64,000 nucleotides of DNA, from positions 128,001 to 192,000 of the forward strand of contig CAWFFH010000003.1 in assembly GCA_963815095.1 (NCBI GenBank), given 5' to 3'. A model generated the notes under the pieces. That model ran no database searches and was not told where the DNA came from. It saw only the letters and a list, made by a program, of their open reading frames with translations. The translations under genes were made by a program, and so were the position numbers. Shown one piece after another: positions 42,709-52,994 of the stretch (its first letter is position 1; every line of letters begins with the position of its first letter). Origin of the DNA: Candidatus Bathyarchaeota archaeon. GTDB taxonomy: Archaea; Thermoproteota; Bathyarchaeia; Bathyarchaeales; Bathycorpusculaceae.

Positions 42709-43017
42709 TCAGGGTTTTAGATCTTTATCTTCACTGTAGTCTCTGTCCTCATGGGCTTCTTCTTCGGTTTCATCTTGGTTTTCTTCTTCAGCCTCGCTTG
42801 CTTCTTCGCCTTCAACGTTTGCTTGGTCTTCGGCTTGGCCTTTCGGCGGATAAGCCTTATCCAACCAAACCTCAAATTGCACTTTATAGTCAGGGCTTGA
42901 AAAAGCCCAGTCAAACAACCCAACAATAACGTTGCTAACTTCAATGTCGTGGTCTTCAGCTAAACCCTTCAAAAACTCTTCCCACTTTGCGGGCAAAGAA
43001 ATAGATAAACTTCCCAT
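42709..43017 (-). CDS. RHH-like protein with acidic tail
   Basis: SLSISLP strand followed by two helices; E/D-rich C-terminus; GGAG upstream. Confidence 0.6.
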   Translation of the reverse strand: MGSLSISLPAKWEEFLKGLAEDHDIEVSNVIVGLFDWAFSSPDYKVQFEVWLDKAYPPKGQAEDQANVEGEEASEAEEENQDETEEEAHEDRDYSEDKDLKP

Positions 43018-43090
43018 AAAAAAGTCTCCACTATTTTATAATGTCAAGATATATTTTAAGCTTCAAAAAACGTTGAAAACTTGAAGCTAC

Positions 43091-43273
43091 TTATCTTTGT
43101 TCTTTTAGCAATTGCAGTCGTTTAGCGACTTCTTTGGAAACTTTTTCTAAACCTTCTGCTAAATCTTTCTCATCGACCTCATCGATGGGGTACCATTTGC
43201 CGTCCTTATCGATGAAGACAATTTCCAATTTCCCAACTTTTCTATTGACCATTTTTTCCACCTTGTTATCCAA
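43091..43273 (-). CDS. small hypothetical protein
   Basis: 60-aa ORF co-oriented with its neighbours. Confidence 0.5.
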   Translation of the reverse strand: MDNKVEKMVNRKVGKLEIVFIDKDGKWYPIDEVDEKDLAEGLEKVSKEVAKRLQLLKEQR

Positions 43274-43425
43274 AACTGATTAAAGACCTTTATGAAGGGA
43301 CCTGCCAGTTAGATTGCCCATAATCAATCTATGCAAGGGTATTCTAGGCTAACTGAGTCCTGCGCCTATTCCGGGGCATTCTTAATAATTTAGTTATCTT
43401 ATTTGAGGAGGGTCGACTTCATTTT

Positions 43426-43569
43426 TTACTGGCTTTTGTCGATCCATGTTTTTACTGCTTCTTGGACCGCTTTGGATAAGTCGCCTTTTTTGCCTCCGAA
43501 TTTTTCTACGGTTTTTAATCTAAGTTTTTTTTCAATCTCATCTGAGATGTCAACGTTGATGCGGCCCAA
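43426..43569 (-). CDS. 47-aa ribbon-helix-helix (CopG-like) protein
   Basis: Manual, TTG start: MGRINVDISDEIEKKLRLKTVEKFGGKKGDLSKAVQEAVKTWIDKSQ*. Confidence 0.8.
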   Translation of the reverse strand: MGRINVDISDEIEKKLRLKTVEKFGGKKGDLSKAVQEAVKTWIDKSQ

Positions 43570-43612
43570 GTTTATTCACTTTTGCGTGTAATTTGTTTTT
43601 AACATTATATAC

Positions 43613-43676
43613 TATGTGCATTGGCACTTATAAGTATATGTGCCTACGCGCCTAACCGTTTATGTGCATAAGTGCT
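43613..43676. repeat. 8-bp-periodic TAWGYGC repeat array, probable RHH operator
   Basis: TATGTGC at 43613, 43637 and 43661; variants TACGCGC at 43645 and TAAGTGC at 43669; inverted copy GCACTTA at 43624. Confidence 0.6.
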
Positions 43677-43758
43677 AATCATCACGTGTTCCACATCTAA
43701 AGTCGTAATAGACAAAAATTTTTATAATTTGTTTCCTTTTGTGGGTTGAGGACTTCCG

Positions 43759-43899
43759 ATGCCAATGTTCGAATGTTCAGTATGTGGTCGCAAAAAGCGA
43801 GAGGAGTTTGAGATTTCTTGCACTGGTGACATTAAACGGAATTTGGAGAAAGCACCTTGGTGCTGCAGCAAACCCATGAACGAAACCCTCGACGACTAA
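43759..43899 (+). CDS. 46-aa desulforedoxin-like metal-binding microprotein
   Basis: Manual: MPMFECSVCGRKK...APWCCSKPMNETLDD* (CxxC...CCxxPM); GAGG upstream. Confidence 0.7.
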   Translation: MPMFECSVCGRKKREEFEISCTGDIKRNLEKAPWCCSKPMNETLDD

Positions 43900-44804
43900 C
43901 CAATGAGCAAACCAATGACAAAGCTCAGCAATGGCGCAATTAACCATCCAGCAGCAACTTTTAGAAACGGTTTTGTCGAAACAAGTTTAGTTTTGTAAGA
44001 TAATCCTGTTCCGAAAACTGCTGTAGAAGTTGTTTGGGTAATGGATAGGGGAATGTTGAAGATTGTGGCCACTTCCACCAACACCGTTGAAGTTATTAGT
44101 GTTACAGCCGCGTTTGCGTAACGCATTAAAAAGAATTCTTCCGAAACCCTTCTTATTGCGCCCTCACTGAGGAAAAATGACCCGACGAAAATCGCAGCTA
44201 CTGCAGCTAATTCTGATGCTAAATTAAATCCGCCTGTTGCAACTATCATTCCCAATGTGTTTGCTCCAGTCACATATGCTGTGGTGAATGACGTTACAAT
44301 TAGCGCCAGTTTGTAGACTTGTAAACGATGCCAAAGGTTTGCTGGCCAAGTCCTGTTTAACAAACGGATTAACCCAAAAGCTAAACCAAACGCAATTAAC
44401 GGCACAAGAACCCAGGTCAATACCACTTCACCAACATACAAACCGTCATAAAGTGACTTTCCAGCAAATGAGAGACCAGCCAAAAGTCCTACTAACGCCA
44501 TGCTTAGCGACATAGGTACCCGAATCCTGAAGGCTATTACGAAAACAAGAATCGATACCAGCAACGCTTCAGCCCTAAGAGTAGACGAAGCGTTAGGCAA
44601 TAATGTGCCAACTGAATATATCATGCCTGAACCTTGAACCAAAAGACCAGCGGAAAAACCAGCTGCGCCTACAAGTACCCCGAACCGTTTGGTAACTATT
44701 CTTGACCCTACCGCGGGACCTACACATGCTGACAAGTTGTTGCCTGCAACCAGCATCACCGCCACAAACACTAAAACCACAAGGATAACAGACAACAAAA
44801 GCAT
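43896..44804 (-). CDS. pit: PiT-family inorganic phosphate transporter
   Basis: AGNN, GANT and IPLSITQ repeats; paired with a DUF47 gene. Confidence 0.85.
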   Translation of the reverse strand: MLLLSVILVVLVFVAVMLVAGNNLSACVGPAVGSRIVTKRFGVLVGAAGFSAGLLVQGSGMIYSVGTLLPNASSTLRAEALLVSILVFVIAFRIRVPMSLSMALVGLLAGLSFAGKSLYDGLYVGEVVLTWVLVPLIAFGLAFGLIRLLNRTWPANLWHRLQVYKLALIVTSFTTAYVTGANTLGMIVATGGFNLASELAAVAAIFVGSFFLSEGAIRRVSEEFFLMRYANAAVTLITSTVLVEVATIFNIPLSITQTTSTAVFGTGLSYKTKLVSTKPFLKVAAGWLIAPLLSFVIGLLIG

Positions 44805-44811
44805 TCAGTGA

Positions 44812-45486
44812 TCACTTGAGAATGGATGTTACTATTGACACGATTATGTCGGAGAGGTCTTCGCAACCATCCAAGATGTCGTCGGATTTATGCAGCATTT
44901 CACTGTAGTGAAAGAACTGCAAAAAATGCAGATCAGAAGCTACAGAGTATAGCTTATCAAAGCCTGCATCCTTGATGTCGTCGCCCTGCTCTTCGAGGGT
45001 TTCGATTTCTTTGCGTAACTGCAAAATCTGGGACACGTTGCTGGTGGACAACATTTGCTGCAGTTTAGATAATGTTTGGTCTCCGAGGAGAAGCATTTGC
45101 AAGTAAACGTGCGCCCACTCTGCTTCTGTATGCATCGACGAATCAAAGTTGTTAGCTTTGGCCATGCGAGAAAGTTCCCGGCTCAAATAGAATATTGTGT
45201 CAACTATGTTGTCGGCTATATGCGCACTTTCGATCAGGTTATCAATTAAGTTTGGGCTGATGGCTCCAGCAGTGATGTCTTCGCTTAGCTTGAAGGCAAC
45301 TTCATCTGACTTCTTCTCTAAATCGCGGACGGCAGGTAATTTTTCAATTAATGCTTGTTTGTTTCCGCTGTTGTTGAACATATCTTTTAGGATGGTGTTG
45401 GCTTGGGCAGCGATGAAGAGAATTTGGGATAATTCACCGAAAATGTTTCTTTCCCCAAGGACCAAGATCCCTTTGAAGTTCTTCAA
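44812..45486 (-). CDS. DUF47 / PhoU-like phosphate transport regulator
   Basis: LEKKSDEV, LEEQGDDI and DDILDGCED. Confidence 0.85.
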   Translation of the reverse strand: MKNFKGILVLGERNIFGELSQILFIAAQANTILKDMFNNSGNKQALIEKLPAVRDLEKKSDEVAFKLSEDITAGAISPNLIDNLIESAHIADNIVDTIFYLSRELSRMAKANNFDSSMHTEAEWAHVYLQMLLLGDQTLSKLQQMLSTSNVSQILQLRKEIETLEEQGDDIKDAGFDKLYSVASDLHFLQFFHYSEMLHKSDDILDGCEDLSDIIVSIVTSILK

Positions 45487-45673
45487 ATAAAAGTCCTCAA
45501 TTCAACTAATTTATTTCTAGGCTGGCTAATATTAACTTTAACTTAATGGCTATGTTGTAGTTTTCAGTGATTCTAACAGGTCTTTGAGAACTTGTTCTGA
45601 TGCCACAACGGCGGTTCCCATGAGTTCGAAGTCGATTTTGGCAATCTCAGTGGCCGATCAGGATACTTTCTTT

Positions 45674-46651
45674 TTAGATAGGCACATGCTTTCTTAGGAA
45701 ACTGCTTTTCATGGAAAGAATAGGCAAAAGTTTCTCCACCGCAATGAAAGCTATTGTCGCGTATGCTATTCCGCCTAAAACATCCACAAAATAGTGCTCA
45801 CCAAGGTAAACTGCGCTAAACCAGGTTCCCACAGGAATCACTATCACTGGAAGTGCCTTCCATTTCCAAATTTTAAAAGCGAAGAGGAAAACTAGCCAAG
45901 GCATAGCTGAATGCATGCTGGGGAAAGCAGCGAATAAGTTTCCACCTAAGAAGTCAAACAATGTTTTGTAAACGGGAAGTCCCAGATTTACATCTACTGA
46001 ACTAGTCAGGACTCTTTCGACTACGGGCCCAGCGTATGAAGAAGTGAATATTGAGTTAAACTGGTACCATGGTGGAGCCACAGGGTAAAAGAGAAAAGTG
46101 ATCAATGCCGAGTAGGTTAGTATGCCGAAGGCAACAATGTATTTCCAGTAGTTCTTAGGGCTTTTTTTCCAAATGATAAACGCGAATATGGTCGGGACAA
46201 AGAAATATATTCCATAGAAAACGGCTCCCATATAATCTAAAACTGGAAACCTAAAAGTCTGTTCCAGAATTAGACTCGGAAGCTTACCGAATAATTGTAT
46301 GTCCAAGTTGCTTGGGGCTGAATGAAGATTGTAAAGAGAAATTGTGCCTACGAAGCTGTACATGATTTCGTAAGAAAGAAACACTGTAACGAATGGCAGC
46401 CAATCTTTTAAGGCGCTCCAAGTTCGTTTATTGTAAGAAGCATAAAACAGGATTCCTAAAACAAGGAATTCTGGTCCAGGAATAACATTGTATTCCACAC
46501 AGAAGATTGTTATTGCTACAACGTAAATTCCTAAAAAGAGAAGAGAAAAGAATCGTGAAGAATGATAATCAAAGCTTAATTCCAGCTTCAATTTTTCAAG
46601 ATTGAGCTTTTTGACCTCTTCTTCTTTCTTCACCATTGCTTGATCTCTCAA
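45674..46651 (-). CDS. PAP2-family membrane protein (Aur1/inositol phosphorylceramide synthase-like)
   Basis: PVAPPW, AAFPSMH and VYLGEHYFVD. Confidence 0.88.
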   Translation of the reverse strand: MRDQAMVKKEEEVKKLNLEKLKLELSFDYHSSRFFSLLFLGIYVVAITIFCVEYNVIPGPEFLVLGILFYASYNKRTWSALKDWLPFVTVFLSYEIMYSFVGTISLYNLHSAPSNLDIQLFGKLPSLILEQTFRFPVLDYMGAVFYGIYFFVPTIFAFIIWKKSPKNYWKYIVAFGILTYSALITFLFYPVAPPWYQFNSIFTSSYAGPVVERVLTSSVDVNLGLPVYKTLFDFLGGNLFAAFPSMHSAMPWLVFLFAFKIWKWKALPVIVIPVGTWFSAVYLGEHYFVDVLGGIAYATIAFIAVEKLLPILSMKSSFLRKHVPI

Positions 46652-46826
46652 CTTCCTATATCCTTCTGTTACCCTTTTTAAATGCCTTTTCCCAATTTCT
46701 GCTCAAAATTGAAGTTCAACACGATGAGAGTTTGCCCAGTATACTACGTAGGTATATTGAACAAGAAACTTTAGATATGGTGAAAAACTTTAAAGACCTT
46801 TAAAAACCTATAAAGCCTGTGGAAAA

Positions 46827-47147
46827 ATGGAAAAGGTTTGGGATGAATTAAAAAAGATCGAAGCACACGCAGAGCAAATCAAGAACGATGCTCATGATAG
46901 AGCAAAACAGATGGCTCTTCTGGCAAAGCAGGACGCCATAAAACTGATAGAAAACAGTAAAGCGTATGGTGAGGCTGAGTCACAGAGGCTTCACTCGAAG
47001 ACTTTAGAGGAAGCTAATCATAACCGTGATGAACAGTTAAATTCTAATGAAGAAACCGTGGCGAACCTGAAGTCAAAAGCTGAAAAACGCATCGATAAAG
47101 CGGTGGTAGTGGTTGTGAATGCTGTCCTTGAGGATTCTGCACCTTGA
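46827..47147 (+). CDS. atpH: A/V-type ATP synthase subunit H (peripheral stalk)
   Basis: Charged coiled coil, LKKIEAHAEQI...AVVVVVNAVL; first gene of the ATP synthase cluster. Confidence 0.75.
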   Translation: MEKVWDELKKIEAHAEQIKNDAHDRAKQMALLAKQDAIKLIENSKAYGEAESQRLHSKTLEEANHNRDEQLNSNEETVANLKSKAEKRIDKAVVVVVNAVLEDSAP

Positions 47148-48196
47148 CTCAGACCACAAAGTATGCTTCTGTTTTAGCTAAAATCGGCGCTGAAAGAAGT
47201 AAACTTATCGATGAAGCCAAACTTAAAGCGCTTGCAGAAAGCAAAAGTCTGGTTGAATTTGCCGCTCAACTTCGAGATACAAGTTACCAAGAAGAAATCG
47301 CCAAATTATCTCTGCCACTAACAAGCCGCAAACTTGAAAGAGCATTCAACCAAAACCTAATTGAAACCTACATAAAAATAATCAAGTATTCCCCTAAAAG
47401 AACGGGAAAATATCTTAAGCTGTATCTATTACGTTTCGAAAATGAGAATTTAAAAGCGCTTATGAAAGCTACAACCACCAAGTTGGCTCCTGAGCAAAAA
47501 GGCGCAAAAGTTTACTTTTCTGTAGAGGATTACTTTAAAAGACGTGTAATAATTGAAGAAGCCATTAAAGCTTCTACTCCAGCCCAAATGATTCATGCTT
47601 TGAAAGGCACTGAATACTTTTTACCCATGAGTTTGGGACTGAAAAACTATGAAGAAAACGCCTCAACCGCCTCTTTTGATGTGTTTATGGACAGGTCTTT
47701 TTACGAGGAACTATACCAAGGCTACATGAGCCTTGCCAAAAAAGATCAGGTGCATGCGAATTTTTATGCAAGCATAGAAAACGACAGCTTCGCGTTGTTA
47801 ACGTTGTTGCGGGGTAAAGCATTGAATTATGAAGCCAATTACTTGCGGTTGTTGATTCCTCAGAATTTCATAAACCTTAATGAATCAATGGTAGAGGCTT
47901 TGGTATCCTCGATAGATTTTGAGTCAGCTCTTAAAATAGTTCTTGAAGGCCCTTATGCCAAGTTCTTTGTTAAGGCGCAAACTTCAGCTGAGACGATTGC
48001 AGCCGCTGAAAAAATCTTTAAAAAAGCTGTGTTTCAACATGCTAAATTAAGTACAATCAGCGAAATTTTCAACATTGGGGCGCCGCTTGCATTTTTAACT
48101 CAAAAAGAAGCGGAAGTCCATAACCTTGCAAACATAAGCATTGGATTAGATTTTGGTATGAAACCAGACGATATGCGCAGTTTATTTTTACTTTAA
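47144..48196 (+). CDS. atpC: A/V-type ATP synthase subunit C
   Basis: ENENLKALMK, LLTLLRGK and AFLTQKEAEVHNL. Confidence 0.88.
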   Translation: MTQTTKYASVLAKIGAERSKLIDEAKLKALAESKSLVEFAAQLRDTSYQEEIAKLSLPLTSRKLERAFNQNLIETYIKIIKYSPKRTGKYLKLYLLRFENENLKALMKATTTKLAPEQKGAKVYFSVEDYFKRRVIIEEAIKASTPAQMIHALKGTEYFLPMSLGLKNYEENASTASFDVFMDRSFYEELYQGYMSLAKKDQVHANFYASIENDSFALLTLLRGKALNYEANYLRLLIPQNFINLNESMVEALVSSIDFESALKIVLEGPYAKFFVKAQTSAETIAAAEKIFKKAVFQHAKLSTISEIFNIGAPLAFLTQKEAEVHNLANISIGLDFGMKPDDMRSLFLL

Positions 48197-50220
48197 TTCT
48201 CTATTTTTGTTTTCTTTAGTTTAAGTTTTGTATGCAGGAAGTTTTGTTTGAATGGATAAAATTCTACGCCGGTGCCAGCATAGAATTTGCTGAACCACTC
48301 GTAGAAGTGCAATCTTAAAGTGTGGATGAAAACGATTAAGCCCTCGAGTGCCAACACAAAAATATTTCCGAACACTATGACAAAGCCAGCTAAAACAAAA
48401 GTTAATAATGAAGTAGCTCCAGCAGGATTTACCAGATCTGCGACGGTGTAGGTTACCAGAAGCAGTGCCCAGTGAGCCATGAGCAACGCAAGAATACGGC
48501 TGTAGGATATGGTGTTGCTGAGTAAGCGAGTTACCAAGTCTCCTCCTTCAAAGAGTCTACCGGATAAGGTGTCCTGTTCGACATGTTCGCCACCATGAGG
48601 CGCCGCGGGTTTTGCAACTTTCAAATAAATCGGTTTTCCCACTACAAGAACAACAAAAGATAATAAAGGCCAAAGAATAGGTCCGCTAAGCCAGGCGCCA
48701 AAATTTAATTGATAGACTGCAATTAGATAGACTCCACCAACATAGAAAGCAATTTTCGGGACTGATGTTAAGAGGGCATCAGCATATTGGTGTTTTAAGG
48801 CAAAGTTAGTCATTTCTAAAACAATGCCACTGATTATCTGTATTACGCCAACGACTAATGTAAATATTATGAAGGTAAACACGTTTACAGAGGGGTTTTC
48901 AGTTGGGTTAATCCACAGTGGTCCCCATGGTAGTGGCTGCCCGAAAGCTTCACCGAACACTAAACCTGCAACACTTGCGCCCAGACCGCAAGCCGCCATA
49001 ATATAGCAGACATTTTTCATCGCTTTGTTACCCTTGATTAGTAACCCAACTGTTAACCCGCCGAGCAGCAAAACTAATCCGTGTCCAAGGTCGCCGAACA
49101 TTAACCCGAAAATAATCGGGAAAGTTATCGCCATTATAGGTGTGGGATCTACTTCGTCATAATGGGGTAAACCGTAGAGTTTGGTGAGTTCTTCGAAGGG
49201 TCTGACAAACCTATTGTGGTTTATCATTGTCGGAGGATCAGCCGATTCGGGAACTTCATTTTTCAAAACTAAAACTTTTCCTTCCAACATTCCTGTAACT
49301 TTTTCGTTGAGTTCTTGGAATTTTTTTTTTGGGACAAATCCTTGAACTGTTGCGAGGTGACCTGATTGGAGTATTTTTCTTTCAGCTTGAAGAAGAGTAA
49401 GGATGTTTTCTGAAGTTTCTTTTAGTGAGACAATATTGTTTTTGTTTTCTTCGCCTAGTTTATTTAATGAATTGCTGACAGCTTCTTCTTTTGCCATATT
49501 TTCCTTTATTTGTTTGTTAACTTCTATAAGCGCTAACGTTACATCGTGCGGTAATTCTTTAGGGATGTGAAAGATTTCGGCATGATAGACCCTTAGGATT
49601 TTCTCGGTTTCTGTTTGATATTTAGCTGGGAGAGCTAAACACACGAATATAATTTCTTTAGTTATAGAACAACGATTAATGAAAACTGGGTATCCTGCAA
49701 GGGCAGTTTCTAATACAGAAAAATTTTTTGTTGGTACACTTGCGACTGCAACATAAATTAGTTTTAAATCTTCAATTGCAGCAAGGTCTGCATCCATGAT
49801 TTTGAGCCTTTCCAATATGTTTTTGATGTGATTTAATTGTTCGGTCTTTTCTTGCAGGCTAGAAAGTTCTTTGTTGAGGTCGTCCGTTTCTTTTTTCAGA
49901 GTTAAAATTTTTTGGTTTGTATCTTCCAAAAGTGTTTGCCAATTCTCAGCTGTAACCTGAGTTTTAGTCATCTGTTGTAGTTTAAAAATGCTGAAAAGGC
50001 TTGATTTTTCTTTTATGAGCTGATTAGTTAAATTGTTGAGGTCAGCAAGCGAACCTTCGACGCTTTGGATCCTTTGATTGTAATCATTTAAATCTGAGTT
50101 GTCTTGAGCCGTCTGTTCAATATGGAATTCTCCGAAGGTACTGAGTGCCTCCAAAACTTGCTCCACGTCTTTCTTAACGCAGATTATCGATGTAGAGGTC
50201 ATTCTTTCTGGTCGCAACAT
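48193..50220 (-). CDS. atpI: A/V-type ATP synthase subunit I (a)
   Basis: MLRPERM start, PPT, YGLP..EVDPT, FGLMFGDLGHG, SYSRILAL (essential Arg) and LRLHFYEWFSKFY. Confidence 0.96.
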   Translation of the reverse strand: MLRPERMTSTSIICVKKDVEQVLEALSTFGEFHIEQTAQDNSDLNDYNQRIQSVEGSLADLNNLTNQLIKEKSSLFSIFKLQQMTKTQVTAENWQTLLEDTNQKILTLKKETDDLNKELSSLQEKTEQLNHIKNILERLKIMDADLAAIEDLKLIYVAVASVPTKNFSVLETALAGYPVFINRCSITKEIIFVCLALPAKYQTETEKILRVYHAEIFHIPKELPHDVTLALIEVNKQIKENMAKEEAVSNSLNKLGEENKNNIVSLKETSENILTLLQAERKILQSGHLATVQGFVPKKKFQELNEKVTGMLEGKVLVLKNEVPESADPPTMINHNRFVRPFEELTKLYGLPHYDEVDPTPIMAITFPIIFGLMFGDLGHGLVLLLGGLTVGLLIKGNKAMKNVCYIMAACGLGASVAGLVFGEAFGQPLPWGPLWINPTENPSVNVFTFIIFTLVVGVIQIISGIVLEMTNFALKHQYADALLTSVPKIAFYVGGVYLIAVYQLNFGAWLSGPILWPLLSFVVLVVGKPIYLKVAKPAAPHGGEHVEQDTLSGRLFEGGDLVTRLLSNTISYSRILALLMAHWALLLVTYTVADLVNPAGATSLLTFVLAGFVIVFGNIFVLALEGLIVFIHTLRLHFYEWFSKFYAGTGVEFYPFKQNFLHTKLKLKKTKIEN

Positions 50221-50276
50221 TTTTAACAGAATGTTTGATTTACCACCAAACATTTAAAGTTATATTTGGCGATGAA

Positions 50277-50585
50277 ATGATTGGCTACGTAATTGGAGAC
50301 ACTGACATGATCACTGGTTTTAGACTTGTTGGTGTTGAAGGCACCGAAGTCTCCACGGATGAAGAGGCGGCACAAGCCCTGCAAAAAGGACTTGCACGAA
50401 GCGACATCGGTGTAATAATTATTAGTGAATCATTCTCAAACGGTCCCTTGATGCGGGAAGAGATTGATAGAATTCGTCAGGAACGAATAACACCTCTAAT
50501 CGTGCAGCTTCCTGGAAGCAAAGGTTCCGCTAACAAAACGCAACTATCTGACATTGTCAGCAAAATTTTAGGAATCAAAATATAG
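50277..50585 (+). CDS. atpF: A/V-type ATP synthase subunit F
   Basis: VIGDTDMITGFRLVGV...ILGIKI; ATG at 50277. Confidence 0.92.
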   Translation: MIGYVIGDTDMITGFRLVGVEGTEVSTDEEAAQALQKGLARSDIGVIIISESFSNGPLMREEIDRIRQERITPLIVQLPGSKGSANKTQLSDIVSKILGIKI

Positions 50586-50597
50586 TGATGAATTAGC

Positions 50598-51218
50598 ATG
50601 AGCATTAAAGATGGCATTTCAGCGATTGCAAAAGATGTCGTGGGCGATGTGCAGAAAGAAGCGGAAGCTTTGATTTTGGCTGCGGAACAAGAAGCGAAAG
50701 CAACTTTGAAGAAAGCTAAAACCCAGGCAGATCAAAACTACAAAGCAATAATGACCCAGGCTGAGGCTAACGCAGAAGCTGAAAAGCGGAAAATTGCTTC
50801 TGTAACTGAAGTTGAAATAAGGAATCGGTTGCTTCAAACAAAAGAAGATTTAGTCGATATTGCTTTCGAGAAATCTATAGATAAACTAAAGGCTTTTGTG
50901 GTATCTGAGGGATACCACGATTATTTGTTTAAGAACATCCAATATGCCGCTGAAAGGATAGGTCAAAAAAAACTAATCATACAGGTAAACGCTAAAGACA
51001 AAGATTGGTTAACCCAAGATAGCCTGAAACGTTTATCTAAGAAGTTACATTGTGAATTGGAACTGTCCGAAAAAACCGGAGATTTTCTGGGTGGATGCAT
51101 AATCCAAACTGACGATGGAAAAATAATCTGTGACGTCACTTTGGATAATCGTTTGCAAGAACTTAAACCAGTTTTACGCGTTGAAATAGCAAAAACATTG
51201 TTTGGAGAGTCTGTTTAG
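50598..51218 (+). CDS. atpE: A/V-type ATP synthase subunit E
   Basis: Coiled-coil N-terminus; LGGCII...CDVTLDNRL. Confidence 0.9.
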   Translation: MSIKDGISAIAKDVVGDVQKEAEALILAAEQEAKATLKKAKTQADQNYKAIMTQAEANAEAEKRKIASVTEVEIRNRLLQTKEDLVDIAFEKSIDKLKAFVVSEGYHDYLFKNIQYAAERIGQKKLIIQVNAKDKDWLTQDSLKRLSKKLHCELELSEKTGDFLGGCIIQTDDGKIICDVTLDNRLQELKPVLRVEIAKTLFGESV

Positions 51219-51220
51219 AA

Positions 51221-52990
51221 ATGCCAGTTAAAGGAAGCGTAATCAGAGTTGCTGGACCAGTAGTCGAAGCTAAAGGCATGGCGCAGGCAGTCATGCATGA
51301 AATGGTCGAAGTGGGTAACGACTGCTTAATCGGAGAAATTATCCGTTTAGAAGGCGACCAGGCAACAATTCAAGTATACCAGAACACATCTGGACTCAAA
51401 CTCGATGAACCTGTTTTAGGCACAGGAAGCCCTCTCTCAGTGGAGCTTGCTCCAGGAATCGTAGGCAACGTTTTTGATGGCATTCAAAGACCTCTTGAAG
51501 AACTAAGAGAGCTCACAGGCGCCTTCATTAAGCAAGTAGCGGGAGTGACAAGTCTTTCCCGATCTAAGAAATGGACTTTTGTACCGACGGCGAAAGTTGA
51601 AGCTAAACTCGTAGGGGGCGACATACTCGGGGTTGTACAGGAAACCGCGCTCTTTGAACATCGAATAATAGTTCCTGTTAATGTTCAAGGCAAACTTACA
51701 AAGATTGCACTAAAAGGCGACTATACAATTACAGAAACAATCGCCACCATTGAATCAAACGGAGCCAAAATTGACTTGCCTATGCTTCAGAGGTGGCCCG
51801 TCAGAGAACCACGCCCCCACAAAAGAAGGCTAGCAGCGAGTTCCCCTTTAATTACCGGGCAACGTGTAATTGACACTTTTTTCCCGGTTGCTAAAGGCGG
51901 AAGCGCCTCTATTCCTGGTCCCTTCGGCTCAGGAAAAACCGTAACTCAGCAGCAACTTGCAAAATGGTCAGATGCCAATGTTGTTATTTACGTGGGTTGT
52001 GGTGAACGAGGTAACGAAATGGTCGATGTACTTGATAGTTTCCCCAAGTTAATTGACCCAACATCTGGACATCCACTCATGGAGAGAACAGTCCTTGTAG
52101 CTAACACGAGCAACATGCCTGTCTCTGCCCGCGAAGCCAGCATCTACACCGGTATTACCCTCGCCGAATACTTCCGCGACATGGGTTACGCAGTCGCGTT
52201 GATGGCGGACTCCACAAGCAGATGGGCAGAAGCACTTCGAGAAGTTTCCGGCCGTCTTGAAGAAATGCCCGCGGAAGAAGGCTTTCCAAGTTATTTGCCC
52301 TCACGTCTCGCAGAATTCTATGAACGCACAGGCGTGGTTGAAACCTTAGGATCAGACAAACGCGTTGGTTCCATCTGCGCTATTGGAGCTGTTTCCCCTC
52401 CAGGTGGCGATTTTTCAGAGCCAGTCACTCAACACACAAAACGTTTTACTCGAGTCTTCTGGGCACTTGACGCTGAACTTGCAGCCGCAAGACATTATCC
52501 TTCAATCAACTGGATGTCAAGCTATAGCGGTTACATCAAAGACCTCACTGAGTGGTGGCATAAAGAAGTTGATAAAAACTGGAACAGCTACCGAGAAGAA
52601 GCCATGCGTATATTGCAGGCTGAAGATGACCTAAAAAACATCGTAAAACTCGTCGGTCCGGAAGCATTACCCGTTAAACAACGCTTAATATTAGAAACCG
52701 CCAGAATCATCCGTATTGCGTTCCTGCAACAGAACGCGTTAGATGCTATCGACACTTACAGTTCTCCACAGAAACAGTTCAAGATGATAAAGATAATTGT
52801 TGACTACCATCGATTAGCAGATAATGTGGTAAGCAAAGGTGCACCAATCTTCAAAGTTACAGAATTGCCGATAACGGAGGAAATTATGCGTATGAAAACC
52901 TCGATACCCAACGATAAAAGCGAGATGTTAGATGATTTAGAGAAGCGAATGTATGAAAGTTTCGGAAAATTAGAGGCAACCTTGAGGTAA
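51221..52990 (+). CDS. atpA: A/V-type ATP synthase subunit A
   Basis: [16 protein letters not shown] and [12 protein letters not shown]; no intein. Confidence 0.98.
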   Translation: MPVKGSVIRVAGPVVEAKGMAQAVMHEMVEVGNDCLIGEIIRLEGDQATIQVYQNTSGLKLDEPVLGTGSPLSVELAPGIVGNVFDGIQRPLEELRELTGAFIKQVAGVTSLSRSKKWTFVPTAKVEAKLVGGDILGVVQETALFEHRIIVPVNVQGKLTKIALKGDYTITETIATIESNGAKIDLPMLQRWPVREPRPHKRRLAASSPLITGQRVIDTFFPVAKGGSASIPGPFGSGKTVTQQQLAKWSDANVVIYVGCGERGNEMVDVLDSFPKLIDPTSGHPLMERTVLVANTSNMPVSAREASIYTGITLAEYFRDMGYAVALMADSTSRWAEALREVSGRLEEMPAEEGFPSYLPSRLAEFYERTGVVETLGSDKRVGSICAIGAVSPPGGDFSEPVTQHTKRFTRVFWALDAELAAARHYPSINWMSSYSGYIKDLTEWWHKEVDKNWNSYREEAMRILQAEDDLKNIVKLVGPEALPVKQRLILETARIIRIAFLQQNALDAIDTYSSPQKQFKMIKIIVDYHRLADNVVSKGAPIFKVTELPITEEIMRMKTSIPNDKSEMLDDLEKRMYESFGKLEATLR

Positions 52991-52994
52991 TACA

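Noticed and set aside
45550-45660. Start-less minus-strand fragment (SATEIAKIDFELMGTAVVASEQVLKDLL...)
   Set aside because: It may be a leftover gene 3' end but is too short to assign.
48185-50265. atpI as a recombinase-invertible segment
   Set aside because: Only a 7-bp AT-rich inverted match (ACTTTAA/TTAAAGT) flanks it, and no recombinase gene is in the window.
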